A DNA stretch of 62,542 bases, counting the filler, from Sphacelaria rigidula (Eukaryota), in the NCBI GenBank assembly GCA_964200075.2. It is 6 parts of 6 records of this genome, joined end to end, with 100 filler letters (N's around TTAATTAATTAA, not from the genome) between each part and the next. Parts side by side here need not be neighbours in the genome. Positions count along the whole stretch, not along the records: positions 52,203 to 62,542 come from CAXNAA020006694.1; 5 more parts are not named here. The stretch is one strand, 5' to 3'. A model generated the notes under the pieces. It was not told the DNA's origin, did not search any database, and saw only the letters and a list, made by a program, of their open reading frames with translations. The translations under genes and the position numbers were made by a program. Below, piece after piece: positions 62,027 to 62,542 of this stretch (positions are counted from its first letter, which is position 1; each line of letters opens with the position of its first letter).

Positions 62027-62542
62027 AATCTGCGTTGCGGATTACGCTTTTTAATTGCCCCATGGAACCACGGAATGACAAGACTCCGTTTTCAAGAACC
62101 CAGGTCTAAGGGTTCTCTCCTCCCGGTGTGTGCCAGTAGCAGTTCGGTGCCTCACTTCCGTAGGGATCATGAGATGAAAAATTCTCACCCAATCCAGCTT
62201 CTTGTTTTTCGATTGGGTTTGAACGTGTGCTTTCCACCGAAGCCATGTTTTTGTTATTGTCCTTGTTCTTTTTTATTTTTTTATTTTTTCTCGGTCTACT
62301 CTGTGTTGTTGTTGTCCTACCTTTCCTGTTGTCTGCACTTTTCTTCAGCGAGTGTTCCCATTTTGTGCTATCACGGGTACGTCCATCATGTCACCACGCT
62401 TCAATTCCTGGGGGTCAGCTAATGTACGATAATTAATCAATCCACAAATCCATCAAGTCTAGCCGGAAGCACAAAATGAGTGCAACCCGACTTAAGAGTG
62501 GATTCTCGAAAATGGGGTTGAAAAAGAAAATGAGGTTCAACT

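Overview
Eukaryotic DNA, most likely from a brown alga (Ectocarpus-like). This is inferred from the EsV-1-7 repeat genes, the intron-rich gene structure and the repeat landscape. The window is not one locus. It is six contigs of 10,341 or 10,340 bp (1-10341, 10442-20782, 20883-31222, 31323-41662, 41763-52102, 52203-62542) joined by artificial 100-nt spacers (N44-TTAATTAATTAA-N44), so adjacency across spacers means nothing. Contig 1: a decayed LINE with a nested antisense copy of its own 3' end, a decayed Ty3/Gypsy integrase with a chromodomain, two MITEs carrying telomere-like repeats, two TAZ zinc-finger exons and a perfect 86-bp palindrome. Contig 2: the 3' exons of a UDP-glucose 4-epimerase gene, a gene with tandemly duplicated 216-nt coiled-coil exons, foldback elements and LINE 3' ends. 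Contig 3: mostly decayed sequence with a pre-miRNA-like hairpin and faint KDZ-like transposase remnants. Contigs 4 and 5: one ~1000-aa EsV-1-7 (CCCH) tandem-repeat gene each, with 21-22 units of 38 aa plus a shared basic NLS-like motif and C-terminal motif; contig 4 also has an intron-containing hAT transposase pseudogene. Contig 6: an 11-exon gene for a protein with FN3-like repeats, including a GC-AG intron. The most interesting object is the pair of EsV-1-7 arrays, whose layout suggests a modular TALE/ZNF-like recognition system; this is a hypothesis.
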